From positions 32,001 through 96,000 of IMG/VR virus record IMGVR_UViG_3300027754_000045: DNA of 64,000 nt, one strand, 5' to 3'. The notes under the pieces were generated by a model that saw only the letters and a list, made by a program, of their open reading frames with translations, made no database searches and was not told the origin of the DNA. Source of the stretch: a virus. Made by a program: the position numbers and the translations under genes. Of the stretch, positions 1 through 11,175 are shown piece after piece (the stretch's first letter is position 1; every line of letters starts with the position of its first letter).

Positions 1-491
1 CGTATAGTGAAAGAAAATCGTATACAGACGAAGATACTGGTAAAATAATGTCATTTGTTGGTATTACTGGTTCTACTGGTCCCGATGATCCTACTGATCC
101 TACTGATCCTGGTGCAACCAGTAATACTGATAAACTTAATAATTTTAAAGATTATTTAGCATATTCTAGAACAAATGCTACTTTTTGGAATACGCCACCA
201 AAAACTCCACTTTTGAGAAAAGCTCAGACAGCACTATTAACTTATCAGAGAATAAGTATTATGGTGAATGGTCATTTTGATATCAGACCTGGAAACACGA
301 TTAAACTAAATATTCCTACAGGAGAAGCTAAAAGCATTTCAGAAACTAGGTTTTCTGGTAAATGGATGATTTATAAAATAGAACGAATAATAACTACGCA
401 AAAACATTCAATGATTTTATCTCTTATGAGAGACGGAAACGCAAAAGATCCAGATACTACAACAAGTGTTGATACTTCAAAAACAGGTTAA
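1..491 (+). CDS. Baseplate hub-like protein (gp27/VgrG-hub-like), C-terminal part; starts before the window
   Basis: Frame is open from position 3 to the ATG at 48. Carries the motif G.F.IRPG..I.L.IP...RFSGKW.IYKI...L..RDG and lies immediately before gp25. Confidence 0.55.
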   Translation, partial: YSERKSYTDEDTGKIMSFVGITGSTGPDDPTDPTDPGATSNTDKLNNFKDYLAYSRTNATFWNTPPKTPLLRKAQTALLTYQRISIMVNGHFDIRPGNTIKLNIPTGEAKSISETRFSGKWMIYKIERIITTQKHSMILSLMRDGNAKDPDTTTSVDTSKTG

Positions 492-494
492 TAT

Positions 495-869
495 ATGACA
501 TTAGTATACAAAGACATAGATTTTTTATTAGAAATAAACGCAGTAAGCGGCGATATGAACATAAAAACAGATTCATATGCAGTATCTCAGACTATAAAAA
601 ACATAGTATTAACCTCTCAAGGAGAAAAATTATTTGTTCCTGGTTTTGGAGGAAATGCTAATGATTTAATGTATTCTAACTCAAATGTACTGGATTTAGA
701 AAATAAAAAGATATTTTTTTTAGCGGCATTAGAAACATACGAACCAAGAGCAACTATAACAAATATAAATATCGTAGACTCAACATTAGGTTATTGGCTT
801 GTAAATATTGAGTATTACTTAAAATTATCACCAGATATTACTCGTTTTGTACAAATAACAACAGAATAA
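495..869 (+). CDS. gp25: Baseplate wedge subunit gp25
   Basis: YKDID..., AVSQTIKNIVLT..GEKLF.PGFG, LETYEPRA motifs; precedes gp6. Confidence 0.9.
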   Translation: MTLVYKDIDFLLEINAVSGDMNIKTDSYAVSQTIKNIVLTSQGEKLFVPGFGGNANDLMYSNSNVLDLENKKIFFLAALETYEPRATITNINIVDSTLGYWLVNIEYYLKLSPDITRFVQITTE

Positions 870-877
870 ATAAAGAT

Positions 878-2578
878 ATGGCAACCCCACAAATAAATAT
901 AGCTTCTTTGACTTTTGATGATATAAAGGCATCATTAAAAGCTTACTTAACACTTCCAGGTTCTCCGTTTTCTGTATATACTGGTAGTGCATTTGATAGC
1001 TTATTAGATGTTTTTGCGTATAATACTTTGTTTTATTCATTTTATAGTAATATGGTTGCTAATGAATCTTTTCTTGAAACTGCTTCAATAGAAAATAATA
1101 TTGTTTCTTTGTTAAAACCATTAGGTGTTTTTGTGGAAGGAAAACAATCTTCTTTGTGTGGAATTACTGCGAGTTCTATTACTGGCACTGTTCCAGTAGT
1201 ATCGTATTCTACTGTATTTAGTGGTTCTAACACATTAGGAGACTTTAAATTTTATTCTATTGATGATGTTACACTAACCACAACACCAACAAAAATAAAT
1301 TTATATGAATCAAAATTTTTAGTTAAAAATATTCCTATAGCCGTAGATATATCAAATCAAAAAGCATTTCTGGGAGACACAAATATCGATACAAAAACTT
1401 TGTCTGTATTTGTTAACGGAACTAAATGGTCTAAATTTAATAATACACAGATAAACACAGGACCAAATAGTAATATTTATTTTGTTGATAGGACATCTAG
1501 TGGGTTTTATTTAGTTTTTGGCAAAAAAACAATAAACGATTACCAATCATCTTACGGTAAGAACATATTAAATTCAGATATTGTTACTGTTTCGTATATG
1601 ACACCTTCGGGAACAATCTCTAACGAAATTACTACAATAATTAGTAATAATATTGTTATCAGTTCTACAAAAACAACTGGTGGAACTGATAAACCAGATT
1701 TAGATTTATTTCGCAGTTTTGGTCCAAAATTATTTGCTGCTAACGACAGAGCTGTTACTAAGGAAGATTATTATGGTATTTTGTTACAATATTCAGATCT
1801 TTCGTCTCTTATACAAACAAAAAATCAAATAAACATTTGGGGAGGAGACGAATTAGATCCTCCAATTTATGGTAGAGTGTTTGTTTCTTATTCGAATAGT
1901 GCTTTAACACAAACTTCTCCTATTGTTGTACAATCTATGGAATATCTTAAAAGTAAATCTATAGTTACGGTTATTCCCGAATATGTTCGAATGCAACCAA
2001 TTAAGATAAAATTTAAAGCTTTGGTGGCAAATACTTCAAATACCGTAGGAACAATTAAGAGTACAATAGAAGCATACTTTAATACAGTTAAAATATTCAA
2101 TAATCCTATAAACGACACAATCATTACTTCTGTTGTAAAAAGCCTTAGTCAATCCACAAATGCAACAGTTGCTGTGGATCCAAGAGAAACAACGCTATCT
2201 TTATTGGTCAACGGATCTACTACTACCAAGAATTTTTATTTTAAAACTGAGCTGAAACAGCCAGCAGTAAGCACAGTTGGCACTATTGTTAGTTCTGATA
2301 CCTTTCTATATAATACTATTACATCAGTAATAAAGGATGTTAGTAGTAGTGATTCTTCTGTTGTTATTGGTCAGTTGTTTGTATATAATAACGCAAATAA
2401 TCAACCACTCCAAAATTTAGGTTTTGTTAACTACAAAACTGGTTATATAACACTAAAACCAAACATTCTTCCTACAGCATCATCAATTAATATTAATGTT
2501 GTTCCGAAAAATTTTAATACAATTAATATAAAACAAGAATTAGTTCCAGAAGTAGAAGTAACTGTGGAAATATCATAA
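878..2578 (+). CDS. gp6: Baseplate wedge subunit gp6
   Basis: LTFDDIK..LK.YL, LLDVFAYNT...FY.NM.ANESFL.TA, RAVTKEDY, WGGDE..PP.YGRVF motifs. Confidence 0.92.
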   Translation: MATPQINIASLTFDDIKASLKAYLTLPGSPFSVYTGSAFDSLLDVFAYNTLFYSFYSNMVANESFLETASIENNIVSLLKPLGVFVEGKQSSLCGITASSITGTVPVVSYSTVFSGSNTLGDFKFYSIDDVTLTTTPTKINLYESKFLVKNIPIAVDISNQKAFLGDTNIDTKTLSVFVNGTKWSKFNNTQINTGPNSNIYFVDRTSSGFYLVFGKKTINDYQSSYGKNILNSDIVTVSYMTPSGTISNEITTIISNNIVISSTKTTGGTDKPDLDLFRSFGPKLFAANDRAVTKEDYYGILLQYSDLSSLIQTKNQINIWGGDELDPPIYGRVFVSYSNSALTQTSPIVVQSMEYLKSKSIVTVIPEYVRMQPIKIKFKALVANTSNTVGTIKSTIEAYFNTVKIFNNPINDTIITSVVKSLSQSTNATVAVDPRETTLSLLVNGSTTTKNFYFKTELKQPAVSTVGTIVSSDTFLYNTITSVIKDVSSSDSSVVIGQLFVYNNANNQPLQNLGFVNYKTGYITLKPNILPTASSININVVPKNFNTINIKQELVPEVEVTVEIS

Positions 2579-3687
2579 TGATATTAATTTTTAAAAAATT
2601 TATAACTAAAAAACCAAGAGAAATTAATGTTGCTATCGATAGTTTTGAAGAAATACAAAACGAAGAAAGCATTAATTTAGTTAATTTTCCACAAGTTTTT
2701 CCATCAGCTGTGCCTCCTTCCTGTGCATATCCATTAGATATTATGAGTTTGTTTCCTCGTTGGTTACATAAAATAAGTATATCGGGAGATGCAAATTTAA
2801 TAGAACTTACAAAACAATATTATGACTGGTTGGTATGTAAATCTAATGACATAAATTCTGTTGGATTTTTAAATTTAGAATCAATAAATGACATAGAAAC
2901 GATGCCAAATAGCTATGTAAAATATTCAGCAAGTTCTTATTTGCCTAGTTTACACACAAATGTAATAAATTATGACGGATATACTGGTGGACACGTAGAT
3001 CAGAATAAAATTCGTTTATTGTTAGATAATGTAAAAACTAATTTATATTCTCGTAAGGGATCTAAGCAAAGTTATGATACTGTTGTTGATACTCTTTTTG
3101 GCATTTCCGCAGAAAATATAAACATTTCTTATCCAAAAAAATTCGTTATGCGTCTTAATTCAGGTAAATATGATTGGATGGGAATAGAAACTGTTGAATT
3201 AGGAGATAATCCAATTGATTTACCAGCAGAATTATCCTCTAGTTTTTTAAATTTTTCAGTTTTACCCGATAATGGTTTATGGCAAGATTATTCTTATGTT
3301 GTTAATGTTTCTGGTCTTTCACTAGAAGCATACACTAACGTAGTGCGACCATTATTGCATCCCGCAGGAACTGCTGATTTCTTTCAAATAAGACAAGATA
3401 TTTTTAATAATAACTCTGAAACTGTACGAGTTTTTACAAGCGAAATTCCAAAAATTAATAATTATTATGGTTACACTATGGGTTCTTTTTCCTCTCTTTC
3501 TTCTTGTGATCAAGGGGCTGGAGGAGACAAAACGTTTGTATTTCCTTCTTGGGACGAAGAAATTTCGTTATATAATTCGGGAGTAACTTTTGGTAATATA
3601 AATATAGTAGATTTTACTACATTAACGCCAAAATCAGGAATGGGTTATCCAAACGAATCAATAATTGCTGAAGGAACGTGTGTATAA
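2578..3687 (+). CDS. Baseplate wedge subunit, gp7-like (short)
   Basis: LYSRKGS..SY...LFG...I.YPK and WQDYSYVV...VRPLLHPAG motifs; sits between gp6 and gp8. Confidence 0.7.
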   Translation: MILIFKKFITKKPREINVAIDSFEEIQNEESINLVNFPQVFPSAVPPSCAYPLDIMSLFPRWLHKISISGDANLIELTKQYYDWLVCKSNDINSVGFLNLESINDIETMPNSYVKYSASSYLPSLHTNVINYDGYTGGHVDQNKIRLLLDNVKTNLYSRKGSKQSYDTVVDTLFGISAENINISYPKKFVMRLNSGKYDWMGIETVELGDNPIDLPAELSSSFLNFSVLPDNGLWQDYSYVVNVSGLSLEAYTNVVRPLLHPAGTADFFQIRQDIFNNNSETVRVFTSEIPKINNYYGYTMGSFSSLSSCDQGAGGDKTFVFPSWDEEISLYNSGVTFGNINIVDFTTLTPKSGMGYPNESIIAEGTCV

Positions 3688-3689
3688 TA

Positions 3690-5516
3690 ATGACAAATAA
3701 CCAAAAATTATCATCACTAACAATCAATAAAGCACCAGAAGAAATGTTTTTAGTTTTGGGTCAGATTAAAGATTCTGAACTTGGATTTAACATTATTTCT
3801 GATGGAGTTTTTGCAAAAAGAATTCCAGACAAAGAAAAGTGCGTAATTGCTAAAAATAATATATGGCAATCGGGAAAAATATATAATGAGGTTGGATCTC
3901 AAGAAAATTATTATGTTTTAAATAATAATAATAATGTTGTTTATTTGTGTATTTCTAATAATGCAAATAATAATAATCAAGATGTTATTAACATGTCTGT
4001 GGTTATTCCAAACCACACCACACCAACAATAAATCAACTAAGTGATGGTTACTCCTGGCTTCCTCTGTATAGAGTTGATAGCAGCCAATTGAATTTTATT
4101 ACTAACAAAGATCTTCCTACTGCAAAGATATTTGTAGAAAAAGAATATTCTTCGTTTTTTGAAAAATACAAACCATTATGTGGATCTGGGGTTACTTCTT
4201 TTGGTTGTTGTTGTCTTTATTTTAAAGAAAGTAACATAGACGAAATTACTAATGAAGTTTATACCAAAGGTAGTATTACTAATGAAACTATATTTTCGAC
4301 TTGCTATGAATGCCAAAAATTAGCTGATTCTTTAAAAAGAGAAGTTTTATTTCTGGATGGATTGACTGCAGGATCGGTAGAAAATAGCAATAATGATAAA
4401 AATTATTTATGTCCTTCGACAAAATATATAAAAGAAATTTTAGAAGAATTTGAAGATAATAAGTATAACACTATACCCAATAGTAGTAATGCGTTTTCTT
4501 ATGGTCTTTTAAACAACTTTAATAATTTTTCTGGAATTATGTTTGCTCGAATTAATACTAACGATATAACAGAATCAGAAAAAATAATAAGTACTCCAAA
4601 TCCTTTAGTTAATATTGTTGATACCACTGGCTCTGGTGCTGTTGTTAGGCTAAAAACAATTCAAATCAGTACAAACAACCACAAAGTAATTGGAATCGAA
4701 ATAATATCCAGAGGATCAGGTTACAGTAAATTGCCTGATTTTTATGTAGACGGAATTTCAGAAAACAATATTATAAATTCCATTATTAGTATAGGTGTTT
4801 TTCCCGAATCCATATTTATTTCATCTGATGAATATGTTTATCCAATATCGTATAAAATAAAAACATCGATTATAACAGACGAACTTTCTTCTATGATTTC
4901 TTCGGCTAATATTGATAGCTATACTATATTAACAAATCCAGATTATACTGATAATAATTCTAAAATAATTTCTACAAAAAACAATTCTGATTATTTTTCA
5001 CTAGAAACTAGAGTCATTTGCGGTTTATCAGGAGAACAAATATCAATCGTTAATCAACAACAATTGGTAGATAATAGTCTTTCTGGAGGAGGATCTAATC
5101 CAAACTTTAAATCAAACATAGTTAGTGGATTTAGTTTATTAACAGTAAGAAACAATAATGGTGTGTATATTAATAATATATCAAAAAATAATTATCAAGT
5201 ATTTTCTTCTGGTGTACAGACAACAAGCAACGGTGTTATAAAATTTAAACCAGATAGTATTAATACATATTCTATACCTGGAGTTATAGCCTTTACAACA
5301 GACACAAACGATTCTGTTATTAAAGATGATATTTTAAAAATACAGGTTGGAAGCACAACTAAATATTATAATGTTTTGGGTGTAGAGCTTTCTCCACTCA
5401 AAAAAGACTCTGGTAAATCAGTTTCTTCTGGTCTGTTGAGTAATAATATAACAAATAAAACTAACGAAATAACGAAATCTTACGCATTTACTATAAACAT
5501 AGATACAATAGAATAA
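3690..5516 (+). CDS. gp8: Baseplate wedge subunit gp8-like
   Basis: WQSG.IY..YYVLN..VYLCISN..S.V.P.H..DGYSW..LY motif. Start set at ATG 3690. Confidence 0.75.
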   Translation: MTNNQKLSSLTINKAPEEMFLVLGQIKDSELGFNIISDGVFAKRIPDKEKCVIAKNNIWQSGKIYNEVGSQENYYVLNNNNNVVYLCISNNANNNNQDVINMSVVIPNHTTPTINQLSDGYSWLPLYRVDSSQLNFITNKDLPTAKIFVEKEYSSFFEKYKPLCGSGVTSFGCCCLYFKESNIDEITNEVYTKGSITNETIFSTCYECQKLADSLKREVLFLDGLTAGSVENSNNDKNYLCPSTKYIKEILEEFEDNKYNTIPNSSNAFSYGLLNNFNNFSGIMFARINTNDITESEKIISTPNPLVNIVDTTGSGAVVRLKTIQISTNNHKVIGIEIISRGSGYSKLPDFYVDGISENNIINSIISIGVFPESIFISSDEYVYPISYKIKTSIITDELSSMISSANIDSYTILTNPDYTDNNSKIISTKNNSDYFSLETRVICGLSGEQISIVNQQQLVDNSLSGGGSNPNFKSNIVSGFSLLTVRNNNGVYINNISKNNYQVFSSGVQTTSNGVIKFKPDSINTYSIPGVIAFTTDTNDSVIKDDILKIQVGSTTKYYNVLGVELSPLKKDSGKSVSSGLLSNNITNKTNEITKSYAFTINIDTIE

Positions 5517-5524
5517 TACCTAAA

Positions 5525-6220
5525 ATGACAATACCTCTACCCTTTTCCGATTCGTTTTCTTTGACACCACCACCATTCAATAGTCGTGTTAGTAATCAAA
5601 TTGATCAAATTAAAAATTATTATGCTGTTGCTTTTAAACCAGGGTATCCTCTTCAAGCATCAGAATTAAACGAAATTCAAGAAATTTTTTATGTACAACA
5701 AACATTAACACAAACTATGATTTCTAATTGGATGTCTACTGGTGTTATTTCAGGGAGTAATATGGTAACTGGGCCAGGTTGGGATGGTTGTACTCCAATA
5801 AATCCGAATTTAATTACATATACTGCTGGTACTAATACTAATACTTTAACTTTTGGTCTTGGTTGGTATTTAATCAAAAAAACTAACGTTAATGGTGGTA
5901 TTGGTGTTTGGGTTTATAATAATAGCATTACAAATATTAGTTCTGTTGTTGCTGGTGATTATGGAATTATTGTTGAACCTATTACGATTAATTGTACATC
6001 TATAAATCCAGAACCATCTAATACAGATTCATCTCTACAGGATCAAATTGGGATTAATGTTATTAATGGTCCTTGTGGTGCGGCACGTTTAAAATTAAAT
6101 GTTCATGCATTTAGTAATATAAATACAGTGACTACAAGATATCTATGCCCCATTTTAACTGTTACTGCTGCGACTGGAGTAAACACGTTAACTTACAAAA
6201 ATAACTACAAAATAACATGA
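5525..6220 (+). CDS. Virion structural protein, DUF4815/VrlC-like N-terminal domain (short form)
   Basis: YYAVAFKPGYPLQASELNEIQ motif. Confidence 0.65.
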   Translation: MTIPLPFSDSFSLTPPPFNSRVSNQIDQIKNYYAVAFKPGYPLQASELNEIQEIFYVQQTLTQTMISNWMSTGVISGSNMVTGPGWDGCTPINPNLITYTAGTNTNTLTFGLGWYLIKKTNVNGGIGVWVYNNSITNISSVVAGDYGIIVEPITINCTSINPEPSNTDSSLQDQIGINVINGPCGAARLKLNVHAFSNINTVTTRYLCPILTVTAATGVNTLTYKNNYKIT

Positions 6221-8637
6221 CAACAACACCAAATATAGCAGACAGCAGTACGTTTAAAACGTGGTTTGAAACCACTAATAGTATAATTGATGTTATTAAT
6301 GGTATTAGCTTATATAATGCCTTTGCTGGGGATGGTATAAAGATAACTTCTACTAATAATAATTTTACGTTTAGTCATTCTAATGCTGTTACTACGGGAA
6401 TTACATTTAGTGGATCTGTTTTGTTTAATGGTAGTGTGGATCTTGGATCTCAGGCAACAATTGGTGCACTTACTATTAGTGTGACTCCTAAAATTGCTGG
6501 AGTAACATCGGGAAATATTGTTATTATTAGTCCAACATTGGGTCTTACTTTAGCAAAAGCAGACAATGCTGTTAACGCTGAAGTTTTTGGAATAGTATCA
6601 AATCAAACAAGCACTAGTACTGTAGTTACTGTTGGTGGTAATATAAACAATACGTTATTCAGTAAAACTATTGGAAATTGTTTAGGAATTAGTGGTGCAA
6701 CTCTTATTCCAGGACAAGCGTATTTTTTAAGTCCAACAATAAGCGGAGGAATTACTACATTTGAACCAAATACTTATGGTTCTATTTCTAAACCTATTTT
6801 GTTGGGTATTACTGGTAATTCTGGATTAATATTACAACATCGTGGTATTCTTTTAGAAGGCATAAGTGCTGGCATCACTGCAGAACTAGACAATAAAATT
6901 ATTATCGAGATTAGCGGTATTACTAGTTCAAATATTGTGGATTTTGGGGGGATTACGTGTGATTATGATGCATCCAGACCAGTTAAAATAGGAGATCCCG
7001 TTATTTATTTTACCGACACTAGCAATCCTGATTTTAGTGATTACTCAATGAACCCAGCCGTACAGTTTATTAGAAAGAAATTTAGAGGTAAATTAAATAA
7101 TTCTACAAATTTAAATGTATATGTTCCGAAAAATGCACCAACAAGTGATAGTGAATATCTAGAGCAATTTACAAGTAATCATGTTTTAGGTTTAATATCT
7201 AAAATTCTTTCAGAAACAGTAGACGGTTCTGGAGTCATGACTAAAATTTTTGAAGTTACTACTATTGGTGGTGCATTTAATGTGAATATTAGTGATTTAG
7301 ATCCTTTACTTTATACAAATACTACAATTACTTCTCCTTTAGTTTATAAATCAATTAATGATGGTGGAGCGAATTTTGGACTCACCATAGCCACAGCCAC
7401 ACAGCAAGGAAAATTTTGTGATTATATAAAAACAGATGCTAATACTGCAAAAATAATTTTTTCCAGGGCACAAGCGTACAGTACTTCCAATCCTTTATTT
7501 ACCAACAGTTCTGGTGGTCTTACCTCAGGAACTGAATACGATAATTTGATTCCTAATGGTGCATTTAGTATTTGGCAAAGGCATGTTACTGGATTGACGC
7601 AGGGTTCATTAAATACATACTCAACTCCGTTTGCGGATAGATGGTTTATTGTTAAGAACGGCGTAACTGGTCTAACAGCAAGCATTACCAGACAGACATT
7701 TGATTCATATCAAACCGATGTTCCAGGATCACCGCTATATTTTGTGGATTGTAATTTTCAATATACTTCGGTTTCTGATTTAAAAAACAGACCAAAATTA
7801 GAAAATATTCAAAAAGAAGCTCGATTTCTTCAGGGACAAAACGCAACATTAAGTTTTTGGGGATTTGCTTCTGGCATAACTGGTTGTACTCTAGACCTTG
7901 TTTATAATCGTTATAAAGATCAATATACTACAACACTAGGCGTTACCACGGATTTAATGGCTCGTGAGTTGATTAACACAGAAACCGTATTAATTTCTCC
8001 TGGTGTATGGCAAGAATACAAATATACCTTTAGTGTCGGACCATGGAACACAATGACTACTGCAGAAAATGGTTGGTTTAGTATTGGGTTTGAGTTTCCA
8101 AGTTGTGTATCAACAATTAGTTTGGCTCAAGTTCAATTAGATTATGCAGGTAGCGAAGGACCAGTATTCTATGTTAGTCAAGATAAAGAACTTGAACGAT
8201 GTAAACCTTATTACCAACGATCTTATGATTTAGGTCAAACTGCAGGTTATAATTATTCTGAAAATAATTCAACAAAAAATGAATACACGATTCAGACAGG
8301 AAATCTTACTACTCAGAGTGTTTATTTTGTTAAATTTCCTTCCATGATGGTTGGTGTTCCGCAAGTGGCAATATACACACCAAACGGAATTCTTGGAGAT
8401 GCGTTTAATATTAATGCAAAAAGAAATATGGTAGATGTCAGTACTGGAGAACTTGTACTATATCCTTGGAGTGCTACTCAATTTTACAGGACTAGTAGCT
8501 CAAGTCAATACGGAAATATTACTACGGGAAATGTTAGTAAAAACGGAACAGAAATTGTTATAATGAATGGTGCTCTTTCCTTGGATGCTTTACAATTCCA
8601 CTACATAGCAGATTCGGATTTAAATTTAAATGTATAA
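6217..8637 (+). CDS. Tail fibre/baseplate appendage protein
   Basis: N-terminal STF.TW...TN (gp9/gp10-like); C-terminal NLIPNGAF.IWQR...ADRW domain common in phage fibres; G/T/S-rich. Confidence 0.65.
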   Translation: MTTTPNIADSSTFKTWFETTNSIIDVINGISLYNAFAGDGIKITSTNNNFTFSHSNAVTTGITFSGSVLFNGSVDLGSQATIGALTISVTPKIAGVTSGNIVIISPTLGLTLAKADNAVNAEVFGIVSNQTSTSTVVTVGGNINNTLFSKTIGNCLGISGATLIPGQAYFLSPTISGGITTFEPNTYGSISKPILLGITGNSGLILQHRGILLEGISAGITAELDNKIIIEISGITSSNIVDFGGITCDYDASRPVKIGDPVIYFTDTSNPDFSDYSMNPAVQFIRKKFRGKLNNSTNLNVYVPKNAPTSDSEYLEQFTSNHVLGLISKILSETVDGSGVMTKIFEVTTIGGAFNVNISDLDPLLYTNTTITSPLVYKSINDGGANFGLTIATATQQGKFCDYIKTDANTAKIIFSRAQAYSTSNPLFTNSSGGLTSGTEYDNLIPNGAFSIWQRHVTGLTQGSLNTYSTPFADRWFIVKNGVTGLTASITRQTFDSYQTDVPGSPLYFVDCNFQYTSVSDLKNRPKLENIQKEARFLQGQNATLSFWGFASGITGCTLDLVYNRYKDQYTTTLGVTTDLMARELINTETVLISPGVWQEYKYTFSVGPWNTMTTAENGWFSIGFEFPSCVSTISLAQVQLDYAGSEGPVFYVSQDKELERCKPYYQRSYDLGQTAGYNYSENNSTKNEYTIQTGNLTTQSVYFVKFPSMMVGVPQVAIYTPNGILGDAFNINAKRNMVDVSTGELVLYPWSATQFYRTSSSSQYGNITTGNVSKNGTEIVIMNGALSLDALQFHYIADSDLNLNV

Positions 8638-8652
8638 AAATAAGGAAATCTA

Positions 8653-9819
8653 ATGGCATCTAATTCGTCTAGTTCGTTAAATACCAGAATATTTGCTCCG
8701 TATGTAATATTATCACAAAACACCTCACGTCTTTTGATAAAAATTAGTACTGGACAAGGTTATAGTATTGTTTCAGGAATTACATTAGGAGACGTTATTA
8801 GATTTGATCCTACTTTTAGTTCTGGTGGTTTAACAGGACAATATGTTAAATCACAAGCAAACACCGACGCAAATGCCGAAGTTCTTGGAGTGGTTGAAAG
8901 TATAGAAAATAATTCGTATACTGTTGTGACTCATGGTTCTATTTTATATCCAAATAACAGATTAGTTGGTCTTTGTGGTGCTAATGGCGGCTTAGATGTT
9001 TTATTTTTAAGTCCAGGAATATCTGGAGGATTAACGGGAACAGCAGAAGTTGGAAGTGTTGCTTCTATAGTAAAACCAGTTATACAAATTGCTCCCCATG
9101 GTTTTTATTATAATGCTGTTGTTGTAAATTATCTTGGTTTTAAGGTTGGTGGTTCAGCTGGAGGTCAGCAGGCGTTACTTGGATCAAACGAAAATGGTAG
9201 AAGTGTAGGAGAAATAATATGGGCATCAGAAGATGCTGTTTTAGAAGAAAATTGGATAAATTTAAGTGAAGATGTTCTTTTAGAAAAAGATAATTATCCA
9301 GAATTGTTTTCTATATACAAAACAGATAATGGTCCTTGGCAAGAACAATTAACTTTTAGTTCTACGCCAAATGTATATCTTCAAAATAAAAATACATATC
9401 AGATTAATGATTCTGGATTTAAAGTAAATTTTGGAACTGTAACAGAAATAAATAATATAGAAAAATCTATTATTATAACTCGAACTACTCCTAATACTAC
9501 AACGGTTTCGTTAGATAAACAATACGTTAATAATGTTGTTAACGGAGCAATAACTGATTTAAATTTTGTTTCTAAGAAAGTTTATAAATTTACTATACCA
9601 GCCGTAAAATCAGATATTAATCCAAAACAAAATGACGTTGTGCTTGTTCCTTATATTAATAGTAGAGCAAAACCGTTTATATTAAATTTTTCAACAAATC
9701 CTGTTTTTGATAATTTAACTATTGGTCAAACTCTTTCTGTGGGCAGTATAACAAATGTGGAAAATAAAATATTGGCAATGCAATATCAAATTGATCAATT
9801 AAATTCTAGGACAACATAA
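8653..9819 (+). CDS. Virion structural/fibre protein
   Basis: Shares an A.A...NAEV.G.V / FLSP.ISGG.T / KP module with the preceding gene; predicted C-terminal coiled coil. Confidence 0.55.
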   Translation: MASNSSSSLNTRIFAPYVILSQNTSRLLIKISTGQGYSIVSGITLGDVIRFDPTFSSGGLTGQYVKSQANTDANAEVLGVVESIENNSYTVVTHGSILYPNNRLVGLCGANGGLDVLFLSPGISGGLTGTAEVGSVASIVKPVIQIAPHGFYYNAVVVNYLGFKVGGSAGGQQALLGSNENGRSVGEIIWASEDAVLEENWINLSEDVLLEKDNYPELFSIYKTDNGPWQEQLTFSSTPNVYLQNKNTYQINDSGFKVNFGTVTEINNIEKSIIITRTTPNTTTVSLDKQYVNNVVNGAITDLNFVSKKVYKFTIPAVKSDINPKQNDVVLVPYINSRAKPFILNFSTNPVFDNLTIGQTLSVGSITNVENKILAMQYQIDQLNSRTT

Positions 9820-9821
9820 TA

Positions 9822-11168
9822 ATGAGTACTATTGGATCTAGTGTTGTTTCTGAATTATCATCAGAAAATTCTTCTGTTGGTTCTACTGGTCCTACTGGTC
9901 CTACTGGTCCTATTGGACCTATTGGTTCTGGTGCAACTGGTGCAACTGGTAATAGCGTTATTGGAATTAGTCTTGTTGATCGTTATATTATAACTACTTT
10001 TTTTGACGGAACTACTTACGGAACTTCAACACAAGCAATAGGTAAAACTGGGGATGGGCTTGTCAAATTAAATTTTTCTAATATTGGAACAGGTAATAGT
10101 TTAGGATATAATATAACAAATAATAAAACACTTGCTATACGACCAATAGTTTTTTTAGAAAACGAAAATTCAAAGTATAGCATAAACTTAAATTCAGAAA
10201 ATAATGCTTATGATATTAATTTAATAACTAATAGTTCTGGTATAACTTTACTTGCTGGAAGTTCATCAAATAAACTATTAACATTCAATTCTACGGGAAA
10301 ACCGCAAACACTAAACAATACATCTGTAAATGAATATGGTGTTAATTTTGTTTCTGCAAATATTTTTGAGTTTGTTCGTGGTGGTGGCTGGACTGGTTCT
10401 ACTGGAGCAATTAATTGTTTTGGAAGTGTTTCTGGTATTACTTGTATTTTAAATCCATGTGTGCCAGAATATGGTAAAATGTATGGTTCAAAATCTCACG
10501 TATATTATACTAATTTTAGAGGAATGACAGCTTCTATAGGAATAATCAACCCCCCAAACGACAAAAGGGTGTATGGATTTGATTTGTTCGTTCGTAATGC
10601 ATTAAATCCTACAAATATTTCTGAAAGGTTTGGTGACAACATTAAATGGTCTTTGAATAGGGCTCCTTGTTTTAGTTTTGGTGGTACTACTTGTGATTTA
10701 AAACTTTCTTTTTTTGGATTAGGAGGTTCTACTTGTTGGTATGGGTCGGCTGTTGCTATTCCAAATTTGAATAATAAAACTTGTCCTGGTCTTTCTTTGT
10801 TTGACTCTAGTTGCTCTGGAGATTCTAATTTTGTAGAAGCAGGAAGTGCTGTTCCTAAAAATATTAACGACATAGGAGCTTGCTGTAGTGTGGATGGTTT
10901 ATGTGTTGAAACTTACGCATCAGAGTGTTCTGGATTTTTCCATGGAGCAGGAACTACTTGCGGTAATATTAATAATTCTATTTGTAATAAAATAGGTGCT
11001 TGTTGTGTTTATATGCCTTCGTATTCTTGTTATGATTACTTAACTTGCACGGAATGTTTGGCTCTTGGTTATGATTCTTCTATTTCAACATTTTTTGGTG
11101 GAAATTTTAGTAATTGTAAAAATGTTAATTGTCTTGAGATAAGCAATAATTATTTTAATTTTTTATAA
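9822..11168 (+). CDS. Collagen-like (GPT) fibre protein with Cys-rich GACC repeats
   Basis: GSTGPTGPTGPIGPIGSGATGATG at the N-terminus; GACCSVDGLC...C.G.F.G.GTTC and GACCVY repeats at the C-terminus. Confidence 0.65.
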   Translation: MSTIGSSVVSELSSENSSVGSTGPTGPTGPIGPIGSGATGATGNSVIGISLVDRYIITTFFDGTTYGTSTQAIGKTGDGLVKLNFSNIGTGNSLGYNITNNKTLAIRPIVFLENENSKYSINLNSENNAYDINLITNSSGITLLAGSSSNKLLTFNSTGKPQTLNNTSVNEYGVNFVSANIFEFVRGGGWTGSTGAINCFGSVSGITCILNPCVPEYGKMYGSKSHVYYTNFRGMTASIGIINPPNDKRVYGFDLFVRNALNPTNISERFGDNIKWSLNRAPCFSFGGTTCDLKLSFFGLGGSTCWYGSAVAIPNLNNKTCPGLSLFDSSCSGDSNFVEAGSAVPKNINDIGACCSVDGLCVETYASECSGFFHGAGTTCGNINNSICNKIGACCVYMPSYSCYDYLTCTECLALGYDSSISTFFGGNFSNCKNVNCLEISNNYFNFL

Positions 11169-11175
11169 ATATAAT